Below are positions 9,758 through 19,544 of a DNA stretch of 42,338 nucleotides, in pieces. Location: NCBI GenBank assembly GCA_038243585.1, contig JBBSQY010000028.1, positions 1 through 42,338 of the forward strand, written 5' to 3'. Numbering within the stretch: position 1 is the first letter of the stretch; each line of letters begins with the position of its first letter. The notes under the pieces are model-generated. The model saw only the letters and a list, made by a program, of their open reading frames with translations, did no database searches and was not told the DNA's origin. The position numbers and the translations under genes were made by a program. This DNA is from Candidatus Sumerlaeales bacterium (GTDB taxonomy: Bacteria; Sumerlaeota; Sumerlaeia; Sumerlaeales; Sumerlaeaceae).

Positions 9758-11356
9758 TTATTTCTGATGCAACTGCAGCAGTTCGCTTAACGTTTCCAGC
9801 GTGTCAGCCTGGCTTGCGGGTTTATCTTTGCGCCAGCGTTGGATCCGGGGAAAGCGGACGGCCAGGCCGGATTTGTTGCGCGTGTTTGGCTGGATGCCTT
9901 CGAAAGCAAGTTCAAAGACCAGTTCAGGTTTGACCATACGGACAGGGCCAAATTTATCCGTGGTATTCTTGCGCACCCAAGAGTCGACCTCGGCGATCTC
10001 TTTGTCGGTCAGGCCGCTATATGCCTTGGCTACGGTGATGAGTTCATCGCCGCGCCACACGCCGAAGGTATAATCTGTGTAGAGGCCGGCGCGGCGCCCG
10101 CTGCCCGGCTGCGCATAGGTGAGCACGGCGTCCATGGTGTACGGGTCGACTTTCCATGTCCACCAGTCGCCGCGGACGCGGCCAGAGCGGTAGGGAGATT
10201 CAATGCGCTTCAGCATGAGGCCTTCGGTGCGGTTTTGGCGAGAGGCTTCGCGGTGAGCCGCGAGATCAGTCCAGGTTGCACAGGTAACCAGTGGAGAGAG
10301 ATGGATCACCGTTTCGTTACTCAAAACCGTCATCGCCTGTTCCAGCAGATGACGACGCTTTCTCAGCGGCTGCTCCCGAAGGTCTTCGCCGGAGAACTCC
10401 ATCAGGTCATAAGCCATGAATGCCACCGGCGTTTCCGCCAGAATCTTCGGCGAGAGGATTTTTCGAGTAATGCGTTTTTGCAGGTCCTGAAAGGGCGCCG
10501 GGCGATCCACCTCCCAGGCAAGTATCTCGCCGTCGATGACGGTTCCGTCGGGCAGGGTGGCGGCGGCGTCCCGTATCTCGGGAAAGCGGTCAGTCAGCAG
10601 GTCTTCTCCCCGCGACCAAAGTATCACCTGGCCTTGACGGCGGATGAGCTGACATCGGATCCCATCCCATTTCCACTCCGCCTGAAAAGCTTCCGGTAGT
10701 TCTTGCTCCATGACTTCCGGGGGGAGGGGATTCGCCAGGAAGAATGGGTAAGGACGAGAAGGATTTTCCGCGGCAGAGCCGGGCTCTGCCAGTCCGAGAA
10801 AGGCTGTGGCCGTTGGTTCCCATGTTCCCATCAGACGGTGAGCCATTACTGCGGCTTCAACATCGTGGATTTGCGAAAGCGCCTTGACCACCAGCGTTTT
10901 CGAAACACCCACGCGAAAGGAGCCTGTAATAAGTTTGTTCCATACGAAACGTTGATCGCGGGCCATGCTTTGCCACAGTCGCAGAACCGCCTCACGGCGG
11001 TCGTTTTCAGGCAACTTGCGCAGCGGGAGCAGTTCATTGTTTACCAGCTCATGCAACGGCATGTCCATAGGTTCCGGGTCATTCGGCAGTAGCAGGGCAA
11101 TGGTCTCCGCAAGATCACCTACCGTGTGATAACATTCCTCCACCAGCCAGTCGGGAAGCTCGGCGGCGTCCGCGATCCAACGGCGAAGCAACGGACTATT
11201 GACGGCGCGGGGCACTCGGTTGCCCGTAAGAAAATAAATGGCCCAGGAAGCATCTTCCGGCGGCGCTTCGGCGAAATAATTCCGCAGCGCTTCCAGCTTT
11301 TCGTTAGTACGATTTGTCTGGTCGAGAGTGATGTAAAGGCGCGTGAACCGGCGCAT
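9758..11356 (-). CDS. ATP-dependent DNA ligase (ligase-associated DDR cassette type)
   Basis: EWKWDGIR adenylation motif, DGE, EGLMLKR, WWTWK, OB domain with RFPR; start overlaps exonuclease stop (TAATG). Confidence 0.93.
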   Translation of the reverse strand: MRRFTRLYITLDQTNRTNEKLEALRNYFAEAPPEDASWAIYFLTGNRVPRAVNSPLLRRWIADAAELPDWLVEECYHTVGDLAETIALLLPNDPEPMDMPLHELVNNELLPLRKLPENDRREAVLRLWQSMARDQRFVWNKLITGSFRVGVSKTLVVKALSQIHDVEAAVMAHRLMGTWEPTATAFLGLAEPGSAAENPSRPYPFFLANPLPPEVMEQELPEAFQAEWKWDGIRCQLIRRQGQVILWSRGEDLLTDRFPEIRDAAATLPDGTVIDGEILAWEVDRPAPFQDLQKRITRKILSPKILAETPVAFMAYDLMEFSGEDLREQPLRKRRHLLEQAMTVLSNETVIHLSPLVTCATWTDLAAHREASRQNRTEGLMLKRIESPYRSGRVRGDWWTWKVDPYTMDAVLTYAQPGSGRRAGLYTDYTFGVWRGDELITVAKAYSGLTDKEIAEVDSWVRKNTTDKFGPVRMVKPELVFELAFEGIQPNTRNKSGLAVRFPRIQRWRKDKPASQADTLETLSELLQLHQK

Positions 11357-12408
11357 TACTCGCCATCCTCTTCAACAGTTCTATCGGTCGCCTGCTGAGT
11401 CTCATCAGCGTCGGGATTCATTGGTTCGCCCACATAGCGAGTCGGGACGCCGTAAGCATTCAAATTGGTATTTTCCGTGAGGTAGCGCACCATTGGGTCT
11501 ATAAAGCCGTGAGTTACACCGATTGTATCAGCGCCAGTGGCGCTTATGGCTTCCATAAGACCGGGCCAGTCAGCGTGGTCGGATAGTATGAAACCCCGAT
11601 CCAGCGCCCGGCGTCGACGCGCCCCTTGAACCGCCATCCAGCCAGATGCGAAGGCCGGCGAAGCAGGGCCAAATTTTTTAAGCCATGGAGAACCAGCGGC
11701 GGATGGCGGAGCGATAATAAGCCCCCTGCCTTTCGCTTCTTTTGCGGTTTCCAGCAGCGCTTTGTTGACGGGGGGCAGCTTGATGCCAGCCTGCTCATAT
11801 GGAGGGAGCAGATTCATAACGGCGCCGTGAGCAAAGATGGGACCAATGGATGGATCTATTCCCCCAATGACCCTTTGCGCCTTCCCCAGCGAGTAAGCAT
11901 AAATGACGGAGACTCTTTCACGCTCCTGATTCTGTCGCCACCACGCATTAATGGAGTCCATGATGGATTGCTGTGGCTGCCAGCGATAGATGGGCAGTCC
12001 GAATGTGCTTTCAGTGATAAACGTATGGCAACGAACCGGTTCAAATGGGGTACAGGTACGGTCAGGGGTGGTTTTGTAATCGCCGCTGAAAACCCATATC
12101 TCGCCATTGTGTTCGAGTCGGATTTGAGAGCTGCCGAGTATATGCCCCGCTGGATGAAGAGAAACCTGAACGCCGTTGATGAACTTTGTTTCGCCATAAG
12201 CGAGCGGCTCAATGGGAGCGTCCGCGCCAATGCGCGCTCGCAGGACGTGCTGCCCTTCCGCGCTGGTAAGGTAGGCCTTGCAGCCATACCGGGCGTGGTC
12301 GGAGTGAGCGTGAGAAACAACGGCGCGATCGACTGGGCGCCACGGATCGAGATAAAAATCCCCCGCTGCGCAATAGAGGCCGCGATCTGTAGGTTCGATG
12401 AGAGCCAT
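11356..12408 (-). CDS. Ligase-associated DNA damage response exonuclease (metallo-beta-lactamase/beta-CASP)
   Basis: SHAHSDH, PAGHILGS, SGDYK, TESTFGLP, YSLGKAQR, LSDHADW; start taken as ATG 12408 (ORF track extends to 12432). Confidence 0.9.
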   Translation of the reverse strand: MALIEPTDRGLYCAAGDFYLDPWRPVDRAVVSHAHSDHARYGCKAYLTSAEGQHVLRARIGADAPIEPLAYGETKFINGVQVSLHPAGHILGSSQIRLEHNGEIWVFSGDYKTTPDRTCTPFEPVRCHTFITESTFGLPIYRWQPQQSIMDSINAWWRQNQERERVSVIYAYSLGKAQRVIGGIDPSIGPIFAHGAVMNLLPPYEQAGIKLPPVNKALLETAKEAKGRGLIIAPPSAAGSPWLKKFGPASPAFASGWMAVQGARRRRALDRGFILSDHADWPGLMEAISATGADTIGVTHGFIDPMVRYLTENTNLNAYGVPTRYVGEPMNPDADETQQATDRTVEEDGE

Positions 12409-12825
12409 TTCAGTATTAGCACAGACGTTCAATGTGTGTTCGCGAAAAAACTGACATTAGTTGTTCAAAACGCTTAAAGCAGAAAAATAAGGGTTAAGGT
12501 CCCATGCGGGAATTGCCCGCCCCGTTTCGCCTCCTAATGTCTCCCTTAAATACAACCATCCAAACCGAAGGAAAATCCATGATGACTACACCTCGGAAGG
12601 CCTTTGGACTACGCCTGCTTCAGTTTAAAACAAAACCATTACCCACATGAACCGCCAGCCCAAATAACAAGCCCTGAACCCACAATTAAAAAAATCAGAA
12701 AAATGTGTACAAAACGCGCAGCCCAGCCAGAACCCACGGGCCTGAGCGGCACAAAAACCTCTACTTTAAGAAATTGCCGCAAAGCACCATCCCATATAGG
12801 ATTCCGAGGAAAAACCTAAACGAGG

Positions 12826-12959
12826 GTAGAGTAGGCTCGCCAAGCCGTCCGCATCACAGGGTAGGGAAGGCTCGCCGAGCCGTCCGCACCACTTAGGTAG
12901 GAATGGCTCGCCGAGCCGTCCGCAGCACTTAGGTCAGGACTGCTCGCCGAGCCGTCCGC
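12826..12959 (+). repeat. Tandem array of four GTAG-type REP-like palindromes, period 35-36 bp
   Basis: Units start 12826, 12861, 12897, 12933; near-invariant core GCTCGCCGAGCCGTCCGC; inferred consensus GTAG-GGACGGCTC-GCC-GAGCCGTCC. Confidence 0.85.
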
Positions 12960-13039
12960 TTATGTCACTTCGGTTGAACATTGTCTGTTTACCCGTGTCC
13001 AATAATTCGTCTCATATCTCATTTTCTCAGGTCCAGTAA

Positions 13040-15505
13040 ATGGCAATAAATTCAGGTCTTGTTTTATCCTTCCGGCTGCTGATCGGTTGTGCTCTTTTGT
13101 TGAGTTTAACACCCTGTGTGGCCCAGAACAAACCGAATATTGTGATGATCTTTACTGATGATATGGGCTACGGAGACATTTCAAGTTTCTCAAACGCTTT
13201 GGCCGTGGAGACGCCGAACATTGATCGTTTGGCAACGGGCGGTATGAAGTTCACACAATTTTATGTAAGTATGCCGATCTGCTCACCGTCGCGAGCCGCT
13301 GTACTTAGCGGGATGTATGCGCCTGAGACGCGGGTGACAAATTATCTTCAGGAACGCCAGGGCAACAAGGATTCTGACGGAAACGACTGGATGGATCCAA
13401 AGCAGTCGTATCTGCTGAAAACCTTTCAGGCTGCTGGTTACGCTACCGGCCATATGGGCAAATGGCATTTAGGCGGCGGGCGAGACGTAGACAACGCCCC
13501 GTCCATCGGAGAATATGGGTATGATGAGTTCTACAGTACTTGGGAAAGCCCGAATCCTGATCCGCGCCTCGGAGTGGAGTTTCCCCCATGGAGTACGCAA
13601 CTAGAGCCCGGCCAGGTACCGCGCCATCAGCGTACTCAATACATGGTGGATAAGACCCTCGATTTTATGCAGCGGCACGCGAATCAGCCTTGTTTTGTAA
13701 CTCTGTGGCCTGATGACCTGCATACGCCATTCAGACCTAGCCCTGCGATGATAACAAAATACGGCGCTGATCCCAACGGAGCAGACACCATCAAACAATT
13801 TTACGGGGTATTGGACGAATACGATCGGCAGATTGGAAGACTGCTTGACGGGTTAGCAGCGCAGGGAATGGAAGAAAACACGATCATTTTCTTTACGGGC
13901 GACAATGGACCTTCACCTACCTATAGCAATCATTTGCGCACAGACGGGCTGCGCGGCAGAAAGCTGAGCTTATACGAAGGTGGAATTCGCGAACCATTTA
14001 TCATTCGATGGCCGGGGCACATCCCGGCCGGCGCCACGAACTCAGCAACAGTTTTGAGTTCCGTGGATCTTCTGCCAACGCTGGCGTCGCTTGCAGGCAT
14101 AGAATTATCTGCAGCCGTCGCATCGCAAACCGATGGCGAAGATCTGTCTCAGGCCATGCTGGGAACTCCAATAACCCGCTCAAATCCATTGCTCTGGGAG
14201 TATGGCGCCACGGCTAGTGTGCCACGACCGGGCGGAGGCAACATAAACGATCGCAGCCCGGTATTGGCCATACGCGAGGGCGACTTCAAGCTATTCGTAG
14301 AGGCAAACAATACCGGCCATCAACTCTATAATGTTAGAACAGATCCTCGAGAGATCACAAACCTGGCGTCAGCCCAACCTGGCAGGGTACAAAGCATGGC
14401 GGCGCAGGTGATCGCGTGGAGCACAACCTTACCGCATCGTACCCATGACTTCCCGGCGTTCGGCTTGGTTAACTTTAATCAGTTTTCAGTAGCAGAAGTC
14501 GCGACAGAGGCTGCTCTTCGCACCGCATCCGGAGCGGCGGACACCAATCGGATCGATGGTGTTACAGGTCATCCCAATGGATCCGGTGACCTGTTTGCAA
14601 TCCACATAGACGGAACGGAAAAGGAAACTATTCTTCGCATCGACGATGGTGAGGGGGAGTTAACGAAAGTAACTGACGCGCCACGCATCGCTCAGGATCT
14701 GGGTGCCTTGCCGTCATCGGGTCTGCAGCTGACGTCTGGTTTTGATTATTCCCCGCCGGGCAATAAACTATATATTGCGGAGAAAAGCCTGGTTTCTGTT
14801 CCGGGCCAGGTACTGCTGATTGGCATCGATACGGCCACTGGTCAGGCAAATCTTGTTACTCGCAGCAGTGATCTTGAAGGGCTCAACGACCACGCCGTAC
14901 TGCCTTATGGAGATTTGATCGGGGTTAGCGGGGAAGACGGGAATCGGACCGTCGGCACAATAGATTTTCGTTCAGGACAGTGGACTCAGAAGCTAAGCCA
15001 TGCGCAGCTTCTAGCGGCGGCACCGGGATCTTCCAGTCTTCCGCCGCAATCGGCGGGGATTAATAGTTCGAGCGGTAAAGCCTTTATGTTTAGCGGTGGT
15101 GATTTAGACCTTTTCGACATCGCCAATGTCAATTCTGCTTCCCCAACCGTTAGCAGAATTATAAAGTCTCAACTGGCAAACGCTGATCTTCGAGACATTG
15201 CAGTCGATCAGGCAGGTAATATGTTTGGTTTGGACGTAACGGATGGTCGTATTATCATAATGCGCGGCAGCGATCAGGCAATGTTTTCGGTTTCGCTGGC
15301 AGAAATTGCGACCAGCCTTGGCAGGACAGAGCCCTTTGTCCCAACTCAATGGCGCGGAATGACCGCTCGTATGACTGGAGCCACAAGGTGTGAATTATTT
15401 TTGGCCAGTTCAAACAGCAACTACGGCTTGGTAAGAATCAAGTTCGGCCCGCCATCTGCGGCGGTGGGGGATTGGACGCTGTATGGGCCGAGCTTTGACG
15501 ATTAA
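13040..15505 (+). CDS. Secreted sulfatase (formylglycine type) with extra C-terminal beta-rich domain
   Basis: Signal peptide, PNIVMIFTDDMG, CSPSRAAVLSG (CxPxR), GKWHLG, DNG, K..LYEGGIREP; about 350 aa C-terminal extension. Confidence 0.9.
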   Translation: MAINSGLVLSFRLLIGCALLLSLTPCVAQNKPNIVMIFTDDMGYGDISSFSNALAVETPNIDRLATGGMKFTQFYVSMPICSPSRAAVLSGMYAPETRVTNYLQERQGNKDSDGNDWMDPKQSYLLKTFQAAGYATGHMGKWHLGGGRDVDNAPSIGEYGYDEFYSTWESPNPDPRLGVEFPPWSTQLEPGQVPRHQRTQYMVDKTLDFMQRHANQPCFVTLWPDDLHTPFRPSPAMITKYGADPNGADTIKQFYGVLDEYDRQIGRLLDGLAAQGMEENTIIFFTGDNGPSPTYSNHLRTDGLRGRKLSLYEGGIREPFIIRWPGHIPAGATNSATVLSSVDLLPTLASLAGIELSAAVASQTDGEDLSQAMLGTPITRSNPLLWEYGATASVPRPGGGNINDRSPVLAIREGDFKLFVEANNTGHQLYNVRTDPREITNLASAQPGRVQSMAAQVIAWSTTLPHRTHDFPAFGLVNFNQFSVAEVATEAALRTASGAADTNRIDGVTGHPNGSGDLFAIHIDGTEKETILRIDDGEGELTKVTDAPRIAQDLGALPSSGLQLTSGFDYSPPGNKLYIAEKSLVSVPGQVLLIGIDTATGQANLVTRSSDLEGLNDHAVLPYGDLIGVSGEDGNRTVGTIDFRSGQWTQKLSHAQLLAAAPGSSSLPPQSAGINSSSGKAFMFSGGDLDLFDIANVNSASPTVSRIIKSQLANADLRDIAVDQAGNMFGLDVTDGRIIIMRGSDQAMFSVSLAEIATSLGRTEPFVPTQWRGMTARMTGATRCELFLASSNSNYGLVRIKFGPPSAAVGDWTLYGPSFDD

Positions 15506-15621
15506 GCGTGGTGAGGTAATAAAACTAGGCTTGATTTAAGAATCAAACCGCTACCTAACCAGCTCAAAACTCTTGGTTAACTCACCACCCCTGAGCTACT
15601 TTGCAGAATAACGTTGGAAAC

Positions 15622-15637
15622 TGGAACAGGCTTTGCA
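15622..15637 (+). promoter_or_regulatory. Sigma54-like promoter upstream of clpB
   Basis: TGGAACAGGCTTTGCA, GG-N10-GC spacing, about 45 nt before the ATG. Confidence 0.55.
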
Positions 15638-15682
15638 AAAGCATCTTCTTTTCACCACTTCCATATCTATCGAGGTTAACTC

Positions 15683-18265
15683 ATGCGCCCGGACAAGTTT
15701 ACTGTCAAATCGGCTGAGGCTTTACAAGCTGCTCAATCTCTAGCTAATGAGCAGGGTCACTCCGAGGTAGCTCCGGAACATCTCCTGGCCATTCTGGCCC
15801 GGCAGGAGGATGGCATTGTCCCACCAATATTACAGACGATCGGAGCACGTCCCGATACGGTGGCGGGGCAAGCGCTGAAGGCACTTGAACGATTGCCGAA
15901 GGTCAGCGGCAGCGGCGCTGGGCAGGCGCAATTGTCAAGATTGCTTGCGCAGGCAGTCGATGGGGCGGAGAAAGAGGCCGACCGGCTAAAGGATGATTAC
16001 ACAAGCACTGAGCATCTGCTTATGGGTTTGGCGGAGTTGCGATCGTCGGAAGCTGGTAAAATTCTGACCCAGAGTGGAGTAACCCGCGACACCATATTAA
16101 AGGCTTTGGAACAAGTGAGGGGTAGCCAGCGGGTTACGGATCAGAACCCGGAGGCAAGATATGAAGCCCTGAAGAAGTATGCTCGAGATCTTACGGAAGC
16201 TGCGCAATCCGGCAAACTGGACCCAGTAATTGGGCGGGATGAAGAAATCCGGAGAGTTATGCAGGTGCTGTCTCGCAAGACGAAAAACAATCCCGTGCTC
16301 ATCGGCGATCCGGGAGTGGGTAAAACGGCTATAGTAGAGGGTTTGGCGCAAAGGATCGTGCGCGGCGATGTGCCGGAAGGACTAAAGAACAAGAAGGTTC
16401 TGGCGCTGGACATGGGAGCTCTTATAGCCGGCGCGAAGTTTCGTGGTGAATTTGAAGAGCGTCTCAAGGCCGTGCTGAAAGAAGTAACAGGCAGCAACGG
16501 TGAGATCATCCTGTTTATTGACGAGTTGCATACCGTCGTCGGTGCGGGAGCAGGCGAAGGAGCAGTGGACGCAGCAAATATGCTGAAGCCGGCACTCGCC
16601 AGAGGAGAACTGCGTACCGTTGGCGCAACCACGCTGGATGAGTACCGGAAGTATATTGAAAAGGACGCGGCATTGGAGCGCCGGTTTCAGCCTGTGCAGG
16701 TGGACGAGCCGACCGTGGAAGATACCATCTCCATTCTGCGTGGGCTGCGCGACAGATATGAGCAGCATCACAAAGTGCGGATTCGTGACGGAGCGCTAGT
16801 TGCTGCGGCGGTTTTGTCGCACAGATATATAGCCGATCGGTTTCTTCCAGACAAGGCAATTGATCTGGTAGATGAGGCCGCAAGCCGCCTTCACATGGAA
16901 CTGACGTCGCGGCCCGAAGAGCTGGACGAGGTGACGCGCCGGGTAATTCAACTACAGGTAGAAGCTGCGGCACTTCGCAAGGAGTCCGATGCAGCCAGCC
17001 GGGAGCGCCTGGATAAGCTGCAAAAAGAACTTGCGAATCTGGATGAGCAGCAGCGGGCGTTAGAGGCGCGGTGGTCAGCTGAGAAAAGCTCCGGCGACAT
17101 CGTCGCCAATTTAAAGCGAGACATCGAGCAGGTACAGCTCGATATCGACAAGGCACAACAGCAGGCGGATTGGAACAAGGTGGCGGAGTTGCAGCACGGA
17201 CGGCTGCCTCAGCTTCAGAAGGAACTGGAGGAACTCCAGCAAGAATCAGAAACCGGCGGAAAAGCTACGACGAATGACGTTACGGAAGAGGACATCGCCG
17301 AAATTGTAGCCCGCTGGACTAATATCCCCGTTTCGCGCCTCATTGAAGGGGAAGTCGAAAAGCTGATACAAATGGAAGATCGGCTGGGCAAACGAGTTGT
17401 GGGCCAGCGAGATGCTATCATAGCTGTTTCGAACGCTATCAGGCGCGCCCGCGCCGGCCTTAGCGATCCCAACCGGCCCATCGGGTCATTTATTTTTCTC
17501 GGTCCCACCGGCGTAGGCAAGACTGAGTTGGCGCGAGCTCTGGCAGAGTTTATGTTTGATGACGAGAACAGCATGATCCGCATCGACATGAGCGAGTATA
17601 TGGAAAAGCATTCTGTGGCACGTATGCTGGGAGCGCCTCCTGGTTATGTAGGCTACGAGCAGGGCGGCCAGCTGACGGAGGCGGTTCGCCGCAAACCCTA
17701 CAGTGTGATACTTTTTGATGAGATCGAGAAAGCGCACCCCGACGTCTTTAATGTCTTGTTGCAAATACTGGAAGACGGACGCCTGACCGATGGACAGGGA
17801 CGGGTGGTGAACTTTCGAAATACAGTGCTTATCATGACAAGCAATATCGGCTCCGCCTTAATCGAACAAATGAGCGGCGGTGATCAGGAGATGATTGAGC
17901 AGGCAGTTCGTGAGGAGCTTCGCAATAATTTCCGCCCGGAATTTCTTAACCGGGTTGACGAAATCATCATTTTCCACAGCTTGAGTCAGGAACAAATCAG
18001 CGAAATCGTAGGCATTCAGATGGCGCGTGTATTTGAACGTCTGGCAGACCGAAACATCACTTTGGATCTGACGCCTGCCGCTAAAGAATTTGTCGCAAGA
18101 GAAGGCTATGATCCGACCTACGGAGCTCGGCCGCTGAAACGCGCCATCCAGCGGAAGATACTAGATCCATTGTCGCTTCAGTTGCTGGAAGGTAAATTCT
18201 CCATTGGAGATCACATTGTGGTCGATTCAGATGGTACGGATCACTTGTCCTTTAAGAAATCGTAA
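15683..18265 (+). CDS. clpB: ATP-dependent chaperone ClpB
   Basis: Two AAA+ modules ([31 protein letters not shown]), long coiled-coil M domain, GYVGY pore loop. Confidence 0.97.
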   Translation: MRPDKFTVKSAEALQAAQSLANEQGHSEVAPEHLLAILARQEDGIVPPILQTIGARPDTVAGQALKALERLPKVSGSGAGQAQLSRLLAQAVDGAEKEADRLKDDYTSTEHLLMGLAELRSSEAGKILTQSGVTRDTILKALEQVRGSQRVTDQNPEARYEALKKYARDLTEAAQSGKLDPVIGRDEEIRRVMQVLSRKTKNNPVLIGDPGVGKTAIVEGLAQRIVRGDVPEGLKNKKVLALDMGALIAGAKFRGEFEERLKAVLKEVTGSNGEIILFIDELHTVVGAGAGEGAVDAANMLKPALARGELRTVGATTLDEYRKYIEKDAALERRFQPVQVDEPTVEDTISILRGLRDRYEQHHKVRIRDGALVAAAVLSHRYIADRFLPDKAIDLVDEAASRLHMELTSRPEELDEVTRRVIQLQVEAAALRKESDAASRERLDKLQKELANLDEQQRALEARWSAEKSSGDIVANLKRDIEQVQLDIDKAQQQADWNKVAELQHGRLPQLQKELEELQQESETGGKATTNDVTEEDIAEIVARWTNIPVSRLIEGEVEKLIQMEDRLGKRVVGQRDAIIAVSNAIRRARAGLSDPNRPIGSFIFLGPTGVGKTELARALAEFMFDDENSMIRIDMSEYMEKHSVARMLGAPPGYVGYEQGGQLTEAVRRKPYSVILFDEIEKAHPDVFNVLLQILEDGRLTDGQGRVVNFRNTVLIMTSNIGSALIEQMSGGDQEMIEQAVREELRNNFRPEFLNRVDEIIIFHSLSQEQISEIVGIQMARVFERLADRNITLDLTPAAKEFVAREGYDPTYGARPLKRAIQRKILDPLSLQLLEGKFSIGDHIVVDSDGTDHLSFKKS

Positions 18266-18379
18266 AAGACTGCTTTGCAGAAAGAAATGAAAATTTGTTG
18301 TATCCTCTGGACTTAAACACAGAGAACCAGCAAGTGGTTTAGCTACCGGCTTAATTCGAAATCAGCATAAGGCAGACAA

Positions 18380-19483
18380 GTGGCGACCTCAAAAGGTTTT
18401 TTTGGAAAAAGCGCAAGCAGTAGCAAGGGAATTGGCATGGAAAGTGACGATCAGGCTTACCTGAATCAGATAGAGCAGAACATCCGCAGCAAAGATAATG
18501 ATCAGGATGACGCGCGCAAAGAGGCTGAACAGCGCTCTATGGAAATGGCAAGGATACGCCAGGCCACCAGCAACTCTGCCCTGCCGGGTTTGAAACCTTC
18601 CTCCGCACAGCCGCCTGCCAAGCCGAATGAGCTGGAAGGGGATCCGCGTTACCGAGAGTATTTTGAGAGACTTAAAAAGCAAAAGGGAATTTCAACCCCT
18701 TCAGGCGGAGTACCCGGCATCGCTCATGAAACGCCCGCCGCAGGGGTCGCGCGAGCTACCGTCTCAGAAAATCAGGTTGTTGGCCCAGGATCTATTGTAC
18801 GGTTTGACGACGGAAGTATTGGGATTTACAAAGATGCGGTATCAGGCCGGGATTACGCACTTTTTTACTTTCTTCAACCGGATGGGCAATTTAACCCGGA
18901 AGGAGTATTTCTTCAGTGTTATCAGGCGAAAGCTATTGGGATCTTACCGGAAAACTATTTTAGTAAACTGCGGGATGACAATACGTGGGATAGGGATCTT
19001 ATCCTTTACCATCTATCGAACTTCGATCATATCGGGTACTTAAATAACCTGGCGGAGCATGAGGAACGTAAGCCGAAGAACACAACCCCTGCGCGAAACC
19101 CGGCTATTTCTTCCCTAACAACTACCGAACCGTCAGCTCCGAGCTCAAGAGCAACTTCCAAACCTGTAGGGGAAGGTTCATCTTCTCTTCCCGTTTCGGA
19201 ATCGGAAAAGGCATCAGGCAAAGGCACTACTCAACCGCTGGCCGTCGGCAGCGATGAGTTGGTGCGCGGACGAAAATTTATGATCAAGTTCAGCGGCAAA
19301 GAGTGGGAAGCGGTTTACTGGTCAAAGGATAGCGAAGGCACCATCGTTGCCCATTCCACCCACGGCCACTGGTCGCTGATGCGCCTGGATCTAGATAGAT
19401 TTAAGGATAGTTTGGAACTTGGCGAAGTGGTGGATTCGACGACCATGAACACCATCGCAGAAGATGTAGCCGCGGCGAAGTGA
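18380..19483 (+). CDS. Hypothetical protein
   Basis: 367-aa ORF filling the gap between clpB and HDAC; no recognised motif; GTG start uncertain. Confidence 0.75.
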   Translation: MATSKGFFGKSASSSKGIGMESDDQAYLNQIEQNIRSKDNDQDDARKEAEQRSMEMARIRQATSNSALPGLKPSSAQPPAKPNELEGDPRYREYFERLKKQKGISTPSGGVPGIAHETPAAGVARATVSENQVVGPGSIVRFDDGSIGIYKDAVSGRDYALFYFLQPDGQFNPEGVFLQCYQAKAIGILPENYFSKLRDDNTWDRDLILYHLSNFDHIGYLNNLAEHEERKPKNTTPARNPAISSLTTTEPSAPSSRATSKPVGEGSSSLPVSESEKASGKGTTQPLAVGSDELVRGRKFMIKFSGKEWEAVYWSKDSEGTIVAHSTHGHWSLMRLDLDRFKDSLELGEVVDSTTMNTIAEDVAAAK

Positions 19484-19544
19484 GGCTGGGCAGAGTTGCC
19501 AAACTACGGCAAACGTAAACATGTCTTTAAACAGACTAGAGTAC

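Noticed and set aside
9758..11356. NHEJ LigD system
   Set aside because: No polymerase or phosphoesterase domain fused to the ligase and no Ku gene; context matches the ligase-associated DDR cassette
9839..12477. Long plus-strand ORFs 9839..10699 and 11626..12477
   Set aside because: Antisense shadows of the ligase and exonuclease genes with no motifs; the same applies to shadows of clpB, gap, hisC and others
12604..12896. Small ORFs 12604..12819 and 12705..12896
   Set aside because: No clear RBS or motif, compositionally biased sequence, and one runs into the REP array
12826..12959. Possible CRISPR array
   Set aside because: The period is only 35-36 bp with 7-9 nt similar linkers, so there are no unique spacers; no cas genes; GTAG-hairpin structure fits REP
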